Source: Macrostomum hystrix (lineage: Eukaryota > Animalia > Platyhelminthes). From it: 64,000 nt of DNA. The position numbers were made by a program, and so were the translations under genes. The notes under the pieces are model-generated. The model was not told the DNA's origin. It was given only the letters and a program-made list of their open reading frames with translations, and made no database searches. The DNA lies in NCBI GenBank assembly GCA_950097015.1, contig CATNEN010000039.1:18476001-18540000 (forward strand), written 5' to 3'. This document shows, one piece after another, positions 35,153-47,439 of this stretch (position 1 is the first letter of the stretch; every line of letters begins with the position of its first letter).

Positions 35153-38100
35153 ATGGAAGTCGATAGTGCCTCATCCCCACCATCAGATGAAGCCCCCAGA
35201 TTTGGTAGACAGTATCAGGTGAGATTAACAACAATAGTATCTGCCAAAATTTTATAATTATTCTTCTTTTGTTTGATATTGTTATAAAATAACCAATTTC
35301 AAAATGCAAGATGGACATTGCCAGTGAGGGACTCAGGCGCAACATCATTGTGAAGCTGGACACAGGCAGTGGCAAGACTTTCATTGCCGCCATGATAATT
35401 AAACACTTCATGGCTAACTCGAGGCACAGCGTTGATCAAGGCGGTCAACGATGCGTCTTTCTGGTTAAGAATGGTGAGTAATAATTGCTGTCAGTTAGGC
35501 TTTTAAGTACCACATAATCCTACCTAACTAAACTTACCTAATACAATAATACACGCTTAGCTGCCCTAATCCCCACCTATACCATGACTAATCCCCACTT
35601 GTATACCCTATTCTCACTTTCCATCCTTAATACCCACCAACCATCCCCAATCCCCACTAATCTTCCCTAATCCCAAATAACCTTCCCTAATCCCCACTAA
35701 CCTTCCCTAATCCCCACTAACCTTCCCTAATCCCCACTAACCTTCCCTAATCCCCACTAACCTTCCCTAATCCCACTATCCTTCCCTAATCCCAAATTAC
35801 CATCCCTAATCCCAAATTACCTTCCCAAATCCCTAAGAACCTTCTCTAATCCCCACCAACCATCCCTTATCCCCGCTAATCTTCCCTAATCCCAAATAAC
35901 CTTCCCTAATCCCCAAGAACTTTCCCTAATCCCAACGAACCTTCCCTGATCCCCACTAACCTTTCCTAATCCCAACTAGTTCTATCCCTAATCCCCGCTA
36001 ATCTTCCTTAATCGCAGCTTATTATCCCTCCCCGGCGCCTCTCCAGTGCCCCTGGTGTACCAACAGGCGGCCGAGATTCGCCGCTGCCTGGCGACTGCCC
36101 ACCCGGACGAAATTGGCGAATTCATTGGCAACATGGGCGGCGAATATATCGACATCTGGACAGACGACCGTTGGCGCCAGGTGTTTGAGAAGCACCGCGT
36201 CCTTGTCATGACCGCCGATATATTCAAGGACCTGCTGTTCCACGCCAAAGCTCGGCCGCAGTGGGTCTCGCTTCTGGTGCTAGACGAATGTCATCACGCT
36301 GACAAAGGCGACGCCTACGTAGCCATTTGTAAATGGCTGGCTAACAAGAAGAGCTGGGATCCGAGCAGGTTGAGATTGATTGGACTTACCGCCTGCCTGT
36401 TCAGCGGCAATGTCAAGAGGGATAAGCTTAAGGTGAGCTGCGGGCTGATTTTGGGATGTCAGGTTAGGGGAGAGTCAGGGGAGAGTTAGGGGAGGGTCAG
36501 GTGTTGGAGGTTGTTAGGGGAGATTCAGGTGTAGGAGGTTGTTAGGGGAGAGTCAGGTGTAGGAGGTTGTTAGGGAGGAGTCAGGTGTAGGAGGTTGTTA
36601 GGGAGGAGTCAGGTGTAGGAGGTTGTTAGGGGAGAGTCAGGTGTAGGAGGTTGTTAGGGGAGAGCCAGGTGTAGGTGTTAGGGGAGAGTCAGGTGTAGGA
36701 GGTTGTTAGGGGAGAGCCAGGTGTAGGTGTTAGGGGAGAGCCAGGCGTAGGTGTTAGGGGAGAGTCAGGTGTAGGAGGTGTTAGGGGAGAGTCAGGTGTA
36801 GGAGGTTGTTAGGGGAGAGCCAGGTGTAGGTGTTAGGGGAGAGTCAGGTGTAGGAGGTTGTTAGGGGAGAGCCAGGTGTAGGTGTTAGGGGAGAGCCAGG
36901 CGTAGGTGTTAGGGGAGAGTCAGGTGTAGGAGGTGTTAGGGGAGAGTCAGGTGTAGGAGGTTGTTAGGGGAGAGTCAGGTGTAGGAGGTTGTTAGGGGAG
37001 AGTCAGGTGTAGGAGGTTGTTAGGGGAGAGTCAGGTGTAGGAGGTGTTAGGGGAGAGTCAGGTGTAGGAGGTGTTAGGGGAGAGTCAGGTGTAGGAGGTT
37101 GTTAGGGGAGAGTCAGGTGTAGGAGGTTGTTAGGGGAGAGTCAGGTGTAGGAGGTGTTAGGGGAGAGTCAGGTGTAGGAGGTGTTAGGGGAGAGTCAGGT
37201 GTAGGAGGTTGTTAGGGGAGAGTCAGGTGTAGGAGGTTGTTAGGGGAGAGTCAGGTGTAGGAGGTTGTTAGGGGAGAGTCAGGTGTAGGAGGTTGTTAGG
37301 GGAGAGTCAGGTGTAGGAGGTGTTAGGGGAGAGTCAGGTGTAGGAGGTGTTAGGGGAGAGTCAGGTGTAGGAGGTTGTTAGGGGAGAGTCAGGTGTAGGA
37401 GGTTGTTAGGGGAGAGTCAGGTGTAGGAGGTGTTAGGGGAGAGTCAGGTGTAGGAGGTGTTAGGGGAGAGTCAGGTGTAGGAGGTTGTTAGGGGAGAGTC
37501 AGGTGTAGGAGGTGTTAGGGGAGAGTCAGGTGTAGGAGGTGTTAGGGGAGAGTCAGGTGTAGGAGGTTGTTAGGGGAGAGTCAGGTGTAGGAGGTGTTAG
37601 GGGAGAGTCAGGTGTAGGATGTGCTAGGGGAGACTCATGTGTGTAGGGGAGAGAGTCAATCGTGTAGGGGAGATTCAGTTGTGTAGGGAGAGAGGTGTAG
37701 CAGGGAGAGTCAGGTGTGTAGGGGAGACTCAGGTGTAGGGGGAGTCTAGTGTCTGATCCCTATCATCCATGCCCTGGCATCCTCATTGCCAGGAGCGGCT
37801 AGAGGAGCTGCAGAAGACCATGCTGAACTCTCGCATCGTGACCTCGACCCACTCGGAGGCCGAAGGATTCCGTCTTAGATGCAAAGAGGAGACCCTGCTC
37901 TACAGTCCCATGTTCAGCGCCGAGGACGAGCAGTGCGCCAGCATCACGGATCCAATTTATCTGCGCCTCTCTCAGGCACTGGAATTAGCCAAGCAGAAAT
38001 TGTCCGATAGCAAGCAGTCAAGAAATGGCGGCGGTGGCAGAGGCGGCGGTGGCGGCGGTCATAATCAGATGTGTCAAGCATCTCGAATGCCTGGTAAAAT

Positions 38101-41100
38101 GGCTGTGAGCTCATCTGTAAATTCACTGTGTCTGTAAATTCACTGTCTGTAAATTCACTGTCTGTCAATTCACTGTCTGTAAATTAATAGTCTGTAAATT
38201 AATTGTCTGTAAATTCACTGTCTGTAAATTAATTGTCTGAAAATTCACTGTCTGTAAATTCACTGTCTGTAAATTAATTGTCTGTAAATTCACTGTCTGT
38301 CAATTCACTGTCTGTAAATTCACTGTCTGTAAATTCACTGTCTGTAAATTCACTGTCTGTAAATTCACTGTCTGTAAATTCACTGTCTGTAAATTCATTG
38401 TCTGTAAATTCACTTTCTGTAAATTCACTGTCTCTAAATTCACTGTCTGTAAATTCATTGTCTGTAAATTCACTGTCTGTAAATTCACTGTCTGTAAATT
38501 CACTGTCTGTAAATTCACTGTCTGTAAATTCACTGTCTTACTGTCAACTGCAGGCCCATCTAACGGGGAGCCGCCACTCCGCAAGTGTCAGCGCGCCTTA
38601 TCCGACTCGCTGAACGCTTTGAAAGATCTCGGCCATTTCTGTTGCTACCGGGTGATGCAGCTGTACGTGAGCGAGCTGCAGGATGTGGAACGCGGCACCT
38701 CGGGCCCAATAAAGCAACCGGAGCGCGTGGCAGTTCAGGAAACGCTGAAAGTACTTTTAGCCGCCTCCGAAGAGTACAAACTCATCGCGCTGACTAAGCA
38801 GACGCCTGAGAGCCTGTGCTCAGATAAGTGCCTTCTCCTGGTTGAATCTCTGGTCAGGCATAGCAACAACCTGTCAGATCGTGACAGCTTCCGGGCTGTT
38901 ATCTTCACCCAGGAGCGTGTGATCGCTTTGGCTGTGAAGGAATTTCTTTGCGAGGTGAGTGACTGCAATCTCATTTAGTCATAAGCATAATGAGCATAAT
39001 TCAAATACTAATGTCAATTCCCAAACGAATTTCAATACCATCTCAATCCCTCTTATCATGTTTCTTAATCCTAAACACAATCACAATCACAATCCCAAAT
39101 CAAAACACCAAACCTAAACACAATCCCGACCCCAATCACAATCCAAATCCAAAACCCAACCACAATCCCAATCCCAATCCTATACCCAATCCGAATCCCA
39201 ATTTAAATCCCAAAACCAATCCCAATCGCAATCACAATTACAAACCCAATCCCAATCACAATCCCAAACACAATCACAATCCCAAACCCAATCACAATCC
39301 CAATCCCAATCCCACTCGCGATCGCAATCACAATCCCAAACCCAATCCTAAACTCAATCATAATCCCAAAACCAATCCCAATCGCAATCACAATTACAAA
39401 CCCAATCCCAATCACAATCACAATCCCAATCCCAATCCCACTCACAATCTCAATCCCAATCCCAATCCCACTCGCAATCACAATCACAATCCCAATCCCA
39501 ATCCCACTTCGCAATCCAGTTGACAGGCTTCAGATCCGATCTGCAATTCCTCCGGCCTGACTATGTCACTGGCCACGGCCAGTCCAGTGTCCAGAGCAGC
39601 GAAGTGGCCATGTCGCTGAGCCAGCAGGATCGGGTGCTGCGACAATTTCGCACTGGTGCCGTCAACACACTGGTTGCCACGCGGGTGATCGAGGAGGGCA
39701 TGGATGTCAGGCAGTGCAGCCTGGTTGTGAAGTTTCATTTTCCGCCAGAATTTCGATCCTACATCCAGTCCAAGGGTAGGGCCAGGGCTGCCGAGTCGCA
39801 CTACGTGTTGATGATTAATAAAGATCAGGAGAACGACTGCCGGGCCAAGCTGACCTACTTCAAGTGGTTGGATTACGCACTGAGGCGAGAGCTGATCAAT
39901 ATGCAAGCCGCCTTTGATGATGAGACGGAAGCTAAGGTAAGGATTGGGATTCCGATGTTTGAACTGCTTCAGAATCCCATCTGAAACACTTCAGAATCCC
40001 ATCTCAAACCCTCCAGAATCCCATCTCAAACTCTTAAGAATCCCATCTCAAACTTTTAAGAATCCCATCTCCAACACTACAGAATCCCATGCCAAACCCT
40101 CCAGTTTAAATCCCATCTGAGTCCCATCTCAAAAAATGCAGAATCCCATCTTAAACACTTCAGAATCCCATCTCAAAGACTTCAGAATCCCATCTCAAAA
40201 AATTCAGAATCCCATCTTAAACACTTCAGAATCCCATCTCAAAGACTTCAGAATCCCATCTCAAACCCTTCAGAATCCCATCTTAAACCCTTCAGAATCC
40301 CATCTCAAACCCTTCAGAATCCCATCTCAACCCCTTCAGAATCCCATCTCAAACCCTTCAGAATCCCATCTCAACCCCTTCAGAATCCCATCTCAACCCC
40401 TTCAGAATCCCATCTCAAACCCTTCCGAATCCCATCTCAAACCCTTCAGAATCCCATCTCAACCCCTTCAGAATCCCATCTCAACCCCTTCAGAATCCCA
40501 TCTCAAACCCTTCCGAATCCCATCTCATACCCTTCCGAATCCCATCTCAAACCCTTCCGAATCCCATCTCAAAGACTTCAGAATCCCATCTCAACCCCTT
40601 CAGAATCTTATCTCAAACACTTCAGAATCCCATGTCAAACACTTCAGAATCCCATCTCAAACACTTCAGAATCCCATCTCAAACCCTCCAGAATCCCATC
40701 TCAAACTCTTAAGAATCCCATCTCAAACACTACACAATCCCATGCCAAACCCTCGAGTTTAAATCCCATCTGAGTCCCATCTAAAAAAATGCAGAATCCT
40801 ATCTTAAACACTTCAGAATCCCATCTCAAACCCTTCAGAATCCCATTTTAAACACTTCAGAATCCCATCTTAATCCCATCCCATCCCGTTTTTGAGATGG
40901 GATTCTAAAGTGTTTCAATAGGGATTCTGAAGGGTTTAAGGTAATTAGGTATGATTCTGAATTCTGAATACTTGACCCACCTTATCAGGCCGAGGACTCG
41001 GGTACTGAATGCACTAGTAGAGAGTCGGACACTCCTCTAGACCTCAGCGTGCCCAAGAACCATCCGGAATTTTACGAGGTCGCTTCGACCGGCGCTAAGG

Positions 41101-44100
41101 CGACGCTGAAAACGGCTGTCAGCCTGGTTAACCGGTGAGGCGTCGAAAATCAGTCGACATTCTTTGCTTGCTACTATAAGTAGGCGATCTCATCTACGAG
41201 ATAATTATTCTCTCGTAACTATTCTATTTTTTGCCAGTTACACCACGAAGCTGGCATCTGTTGGCTGCGCCTGCCCACCGCCTGCTCACTACGATGTCTG
41301 GATTGACCAGGCGGTCACGCGCTACGTCTGCCGCCTGTACCTGCCGCGGCCCTGTCCTCTGGTGCACCCGGTTGAGTGCCGGTCCGGCCGGTTGGTTGCC
41401 AACGACGCGAAACGGTCGGCAGCGTTGGAGGCGGTGCGCCAACTGCATCGTCTAGGCGAACTGAACGATCACCTGCTGCCGGCGGATCGTCAGGCGCGTC
41501 AACCTGTCAAGGAGCTGCGCGATTATGCTCCCGGCCAGGTGAGCATTTTTTCTGAAGTCTCTTCTCTGAAGTCTCTTCTCTCTAATCCTGAAGTCTCTTC
41601 TCTCTAACCCTGAAGTCTCTTCTCTCCGACCCTGAAGTCTCTTCTCTCTAACCATGAAGTCTCTTCTCTCTAACCATGAAGTCTCTTCTCTCTAACCCTG
41701 AAGTCTCTTCTCTCTAACCCTGAAGTCTCTTCTCTCCGACCCTGAAGTCTCTTCTCTCTAACCCTGAAGTATCTTCTCTCCGACCCTGAAGTCTCTTCTC
41801 TCTAACCCTGAAGTATCTTCTCTCCGACCCTGAAGTCTCTTCTCTCTAACCCTGAAGTCTCTTCTCTCCGACCCTGAAGTCTCTTCTCTCTAACCCTGAA
41901 GTCTCTTCTCTCCGACCCTGAAGTCTCTTCTCTCTAACCCTGAAGTCTCTTCTCTCTGACCCTGAAGTCTCTTCTCTCTAACCCTGAAGTCTCTTCTCTC
42001 TAAACTTGAAGTCTCTTCTCTCTAACCCTGTAGTCTCTTCTCTCTAACCCTGAAGTCTTTTCTCTCCGACCCTGAAGTCTCTTCTCTCTAACCCTGAAGT
42101 CTCTTCTCTCTAACCCTGAAGTCTTTTCTCTCCGACCCTGAAGTCTCTTCTCTCTAACCCTGAAGTCTCTTCTCTCTAACCCTGAAGTCTTTTCTCTCCG
42201 ACCCTGAAGTCTCTTCACTCCGACCCTGAAGTCTCTTCTCTCTAACCCTGAAGTCTTTTCTCTCCCACCCTGAAGTCGTCTCCGTCATGTTTTTTACTTT
42301 CCATCCTGAAATATTTAGTTTCCCCTGATCCCCCTCCCTCCTGAACATTTGTAGGGCACCCGCAGTCGTCGCACTTGGCAGACAAAATCTGTGGCCCGAC
42401 TGTCCCTAGCCATCGACTCCATCGCCGACTCGTCCGTCCACGTGTTCTTCAGTCATTCGCTTGACGTTCGCCTGCCCGACGTTCAACTGCCCGCCTGCGA
42501 CTGGCAGCCGGCAATTCTGACACCAAACGCTCCCCTTCCCGCTGGTTTGTCATTTCCGCTCTACCTCGGTCGACAGCCGGTGCAATTTCAGCCAGGCGTT
42601 GGTCAGAAACTGATGCTGACGCCCAGTCAGCTGGCTTCGCTGGTGTCCGCTCAGGCCGCCCTGACACGCCTCATGCTGCGGCACCACTCGGCTGAGCCAA
42701 TGCGCGGTCTGGAGTTCGAACTCCCGACCCCAATGTCGAACGGAAACAATCAGTGCGTTTGATGTGGGATTCTGAAGTGTTTGGTGTGGGATTCTGAAGG
42801 GTTTGAGATGGGATTCTGAAGTATTTGAGATGGGATTCTGAATTATTTGAGATGGGATTCTAAAGTATTTGATGTGGGATTCTGAAGGGTTTGAGAAGTG
42901 TTCTGAATTCCCTCCACCACAGGGGTATTTTAAACACCCACCGCCAACTTTACAATAGCTCCTAAACTGAATGACCGATTTTCGTGAAATTCCACCATCT
43001 GAGTTTGTGGTTTGCCACCGGACACCCGGACGATAATCGTTGAAGATCTCGACGATGCCGATGTTTCATGTCCCTTGGTTGAATATTTTAGGAGGTGTGG
43101 GTATTTGAAACACCACCAGTGTTCTTTCTACTGTTAAGAAACATCAAAAATGTACTTTTATTTGTTTACAAACCTTCCTGATTCCCAAAAACCGATCAGT
43201 TCGAACAACGAGAACTTGTCCGGCCACATCGCCGAGCCCATCTGCCAGCTTGTCGCTGTCGTTCGCTGCGGCAGCGCCGACATCGACTGGGACCTCCTGG
43301 CTCGCCTGACCAGCCCGAACCCGGCTACAGGGCCGGCCATTGTGAAGGCTTCCGACTGCGCACTGCAACCCGGAGTTCTGGTGCAACGTCAGAAAGAACA
43401 AGGATCTAAGTCTTGGTGAGCTTGGTTTACCCAAAACAACAGGCGAAACTGAAAATGCCACTGTATTCCGAAATCAATTACCGAAAACCCTCCCGAAATT
43501 CCGAAATCGATTATCGAAACTCTCCCGAAATTCGGAACTCGATTACCGAAAATCCCTAGCCTGAACTCCTGAAACATCCTGAACCATCCTTTGCGCAGGC
43601 ACTATGTGACCTCAGTCCTTGATGACGGTCTCGTTGAGTTCTGTCGGACGCCTCACATGGACTCATTGGTTTACAATCCGAACGCCGTCAAGGGTAAAAT
43701 GAGTCGCCTATTGGCCAGACAGAATCGGCCAAGTATGGAGCATGGAAAACATTTGCTGGCCATGCCGGATGTTCAAATTCAGCTGTGGTGTCAGCTGCGT
43801 GCACTGCCAGCTATTGTGTACAGAATCAACCAGGTCCTGCTGGGACTCGAACTCATGACCTTGCTAGATAGCGCCCTGACGCCAATCTGCCCTGTAGACG
43901 CCACGCCGAAGCTGAAGCCTCCGGTCATCGGCGCCTTAGTCGAACAGCTGACAGCTGAGGAGAGGGCAATGATGAAGTTCGACCTCATGGACTCGCTGAT
44001 TGCCGATGGGTGAGGCTACCTGCTGTTTTCTGCTGTCATTCCTGACACTCGCCTGTCATTCCTGAGAGTCGCCTGTCATTCCTGACACTAGTCTGTCATT

Positions 44101-47100
44101 CCTGACACACACCTGTCATTCCTGACACTAGTCTGTCATTCCTGACACACACCTGTCATTCCTGACACACACCTATCATTCCTGACACTCGACTGCCATT
44201 CCTGAGAGTCGCCTGTCATTCCTGACACTTGCCTGTCATTCCTGACATTCATCTGTCATTCCTGACACTCGTCTGTCATTCCTGACACTCGCCTGTGATT
44301 CCTGACACTCGCCTGTCGCCTCCGCTTCCAGATTTCGCTTGCCTGACTTCGGGTCCCGCCTGAGCCTCACCAGCTGCCTACGCGCGGTGACGCTGACAAA
44401 CGCCAACGATTTTCACAGCATGGAGCTGCTGGAAACACTGGGTGACTCCCGGCTCAAACTCACCGTCGCCGCGCGCCTATTTGCCGGCAGCGATCACACC
44501 GCCAGCGAGGGCAACCTCACCAGGCTGCGCACAGTGCAGATCTGCAACGCCTTCCTGCACTGCGCGGCTACGGAGAAGGGCCTGCAGAGATTTGTGTTCG
44601 GACAGGTTGGGATATTCTAGAATAACATTAGTCTTGAATCCTATATCTTAAAGAATTCGATGGAATATTTTCCCAAATCCCATAGAATCCTACGGGATCT
44701 TCTCTCGCTTTCCCATATCCCATTGAATCCTACGGGATCTTCTCTAGTTTTCCCAAATCCCATTTTAATCCTACGGGATCTTCTCTCGTTCTCCAAAATC
44801 CCATAGAATCCTACGGGATCTTCTCTCGTTTTCCCAAATCCCATTTCAATCCTACGGGATCTTCTCTCGCTTTCACATTTTCCATAAAATCCTACGGGAT
44901 CTTCTCTCGCTTTCCCATATCCCATAAAATCCTACGGGATCTTCTCTCGCTTTCCCATATCCCATAAAATCCTACGGGATCTTCTCTCGCTTTCCCATTT
45001 CCCATAAAATCCTACGGGATCTTCTCTCGCTTTCCTATATCCCATTGAATCCTACGGGATCTTCTCTCGTTCTCCCAAATCCCAAATAATCCCATTGGAT
45101 CTTCTTAAACCGGCATCCGCAGGACGCCAACCTGCCAGAGAATTATCAGCCGCCCTGCGCCAGGCCGCCCGATCTCATTGAAGACGCCGACGCAGACAGT
45201 CGTCGTTGGGGCTACCACCTGGCCGACAAGAGCCTTGCCGACGTAGCCGAAGCCCTGACTGGCCTCATCCAGTCGGCCTGCGGCGGCGACGCAGCCGACG
45301 CGTTTCTGCGCTGGCTAGGCCTGCCTTCGGCGTCAATGCCGACGCCCTCGGAGCCAGCTTGCAGCACCCTGCTGGCACCCGAAGCGTTCGGAGTCAACTC
45401 GGAGAAGTTTCGTCACTTCTGGTCGATGGCGGATCTGGACAGGCTGCAGGCGAAGCTGGGCTACGCTTTTCAACGCAAAGAGTTCCTTCTAGCCGCTGTC
45501 ACTCATTCGTCGTTCGTATGGAATCACGTGACCGACTGCTATCAACGACTGGAGTTCCTAGGCGACGCCGTGATTGACTATCTGGTGACTCAATACGCCG
45601 CGTGCGACTGCATGGACACCGGCTCGCCTGGTGAGACAGACGGCTGCTTGTGATTGGCTGTCTGCTTCTAAGCCTAATTATGCATGGCTGCTTTCTCTAC
45701 TCTTCACCTCTGCTTCCTTTGATTGTGATTGGCTGACTAGTATCAAATCGATTCTGATTGGTTGACTAGAATGTAGTCGATTCTGATTGGCTGTCTATTA
45801 TGAAATCGATTCTGATTGGCTGTCTAGTATGAAATCGATTCTGATTGGCTGTCTAGTATGAAATATGAAATCGATTCTGATTGGCTGTGTAGTATTAAAT
45901 CGATTCCGATTGGCTGTCTAGTATAAAATCGATTCTGATTGGCTGTCTGCTCACAATAACGATTCATATTCCCTATCTGCTCACAGGGTCGATTCTGATT
46001 GGCTGTCTATTAAAAAAGACGATTCTTATTGGCAGTTTGCTGAGAAAGTCGATATTACGCTCGTAATTAGCTATCTGCTCTCGAATACTGTTCTGATTGG
46101 CTGTCTGCTATCATAGTCAATTTTGATTTGCCTTAGTGCATATACCTAAAATATCCACTCACCCTTCATTCGCACTGAAGGCGCCATCACAGATCTGCGC
46201 ATGTCGTTAACTAACAACGACTTGTTTGCCGCCGTGGCCGTAGCCAATGGCTTAGAATCGCACATGTTGCACTTCGACGATCAGCTGATGTCGCTCATTG
46301 CCGAATACCGCGACAGCGCCGCCCAGCTCAGCGGGCCGGACCGTTACAGACAGCTGAGCGACCGCTTCGTAGCCGGCGCTGCTGCCGACGCATCGAGGGT
46401 TGTTCGACTGTCCGCTGTCAAAGTGCGTTCGGGTTCATTGTGGCTGTTGATACTGTATCAGAAGGGGCGGAGTGGCAGAGTGGTCTGACACCTTTGTGTA
46501 TGAAATACACTGGCGTAGCGCTTATCGGAAAAAGTCTGACCTTCTCGTTCTGAAATTGAATATCTCGACGGTCTGAAGAGCTGGCAACTTGATTATTGTT
46601 TCAGAAGATGCGCAACAGAAATTTGGCTCGTGATCTTGAGCTTGCGTTGCTCGGTTCGGGTGCAGCACAGATAATTGTCAGGAGATGTTTAGGGTTAGGG
46701 TTAGGGTTAGGGTTAGGGTTAGGGTTAGGATTGACAGCGATGCTCAAATAGCTAATTTTGCTGATAGAGGAGTTCTTGCGATGGGAGTTTTATCCCCTCT
46801 ACCTTCTCGGAAGGTTGATAAAATATCCTACCAATTGTCATTCACCTGAAGGCTCTCGGCGACCTAGTCGAGTCGCTGGTGGGTGCCGTATTCGCCGACT
46901 CCGGCTGGTCCCTGGCCACCGCCTGGACCCTGATCCGCCGCCTGATGTCCGAACCGATGCGCGACTTCCTGACCGAGACGCCGAAGAATCCGGTGCGTCA
47001 GCTGCACGAGACTGCCGCGCTGCTTCGACGAACTGCAAAGTTTGAGCTTGTCTCAACTTCGATTGAGTCGATGCCGCCATTAATCCGGATGCGCCTCTTA

Positions 47101-47358
47101 GTTGGCAACGATGGCAGATTTGTCTACGAACAGTCGGAGCGCAGCAAGCGACTCTGCCGGGTGGCCCTGGCGCGCCAGTTTCTGTCGGATTCGACAGCGC
47201 GCGAAACCGGCCGCGGCTTCGGCGACGGAGGCGGCGGCGGCAAACGAAAGTCGCCAGGATCGTTAAGCGAAGAATCTGAAACTACGGAAACATCAGCGGA
47301 GGCGGCTATGGGTGGCGTCTCGTGTACGGCGGCCCCCATAAACATATTCGCTTCCTGA
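35153..47358 (+). CDS. Dcr: Dicer (RNase III), 15 exons: 35153-35218, 35311-35473, 36047-36432, 37793-38093, 38554-38954, 39520-39936, 40989-41134, 41238-41538, 42355-42752, 43200-43415, 43599-44009, 44332-44605, 45123-45630, 46181-46422, 46852-47358; ~1578 aa
   Basis: Helicase: [38 protein letters not shown]. Dimerisation/DUF283: [25 protein letters not shown]. Connector: [12 protein letters not shown]. RNase IIIa: ELLETLGDS...[11 protein letters not shown]. RNase IIIb: QRLEFLGDA...[15 protein letters not shown]. dsRBD: PVRQLHE. Exon total 4737 nt, in frame. Confidence 0.95.
35560..36010. repeat. 20-bp minisatellite (CCTTCCCTAATCCCCACTAA), Dicer intron 2
   Basis: Direct inspection. Confidence 0.85.
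36465..37740. repeat. 27/28-bp G-rich minisatellite (GTTAGGGGAGAGTCAGGTGTAGGAGGT[T]), Dicer intron 3
   Basis: Direct inspection. Confidence 0.95.
38113..38538. repeat. 15-bp minisatellite (TCTGTAAATTCACTG), Dicer intron 4
   Basis: Direct inspection. Confidence 0.95.
39060..39505. repeat. Degenerate hexamer array (AATCCC/AATCAC), Dicer intron 5
   Basis: Direct inspection. Confidence 0.85.
39965..40940. repeat. 22-bp minisatellite (CTTCAGAATCCCATCTCAAACC) with inverted terminal copies at ~40890-40940, Dicer intron 6
   Basis: Direct inspection. Confidence 0.9.
41552..42280. repeat. 22-bp minisatellite (CTGAAGTCTCTTCTCTCTAACC), Dicer intron 8
   Basis: Direct inspection. Confidence 0.95.
42757..42910. 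repeat. 22-bp array (GTTTGAGATGGGATTCTGAAG..), reverse complement of the intron 6 array, Dicer intron 9
   Basis: Direct inspection. Confidence 0.9.
44033..44316. repeat. 20-bp minisatellite (CTGTCATTCCTGACACTCGC), Dicer intron 11
   Basis: Direct inspection. Confidence 0.9.
44668..45100. repeat. 40-bp minisatellite (AATCCTACGGGATCTTCTCTCGCTTTCCCATATCCCATAA), Dicer intron 12
   Basis: Direct inspection. Confidence 0.9.
45720..46110. repeat. ~29-bp GATTGGCT-containing array (TCGATTCTGATTGGCTGTCTAGTATGAAA), Dicer intron 13
   Basis: Direct inspection. Confidence 0.85.
46689..46729 (+). repeat. Interstitial telomeric repeat (TTAGGG)6 + TTAGG, Dicer intron 14
   Basis: Direct inspection. Confidence 0.95.
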
Positions 47359-47439
47359 ATGATAGATTTTGCGTATGTTTGAGTTATACTGCTAAACCTG
47401 AATTGATACATCGATTCAAACTTCACAAAATGAGAGTGA

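Noticed and set aside
38278-40762. ORFs (SVNSL)n, (NPNH)n and ([19 protein letters not shown])n
   Set aside because: Intronic minisatellite translations within Dicer.
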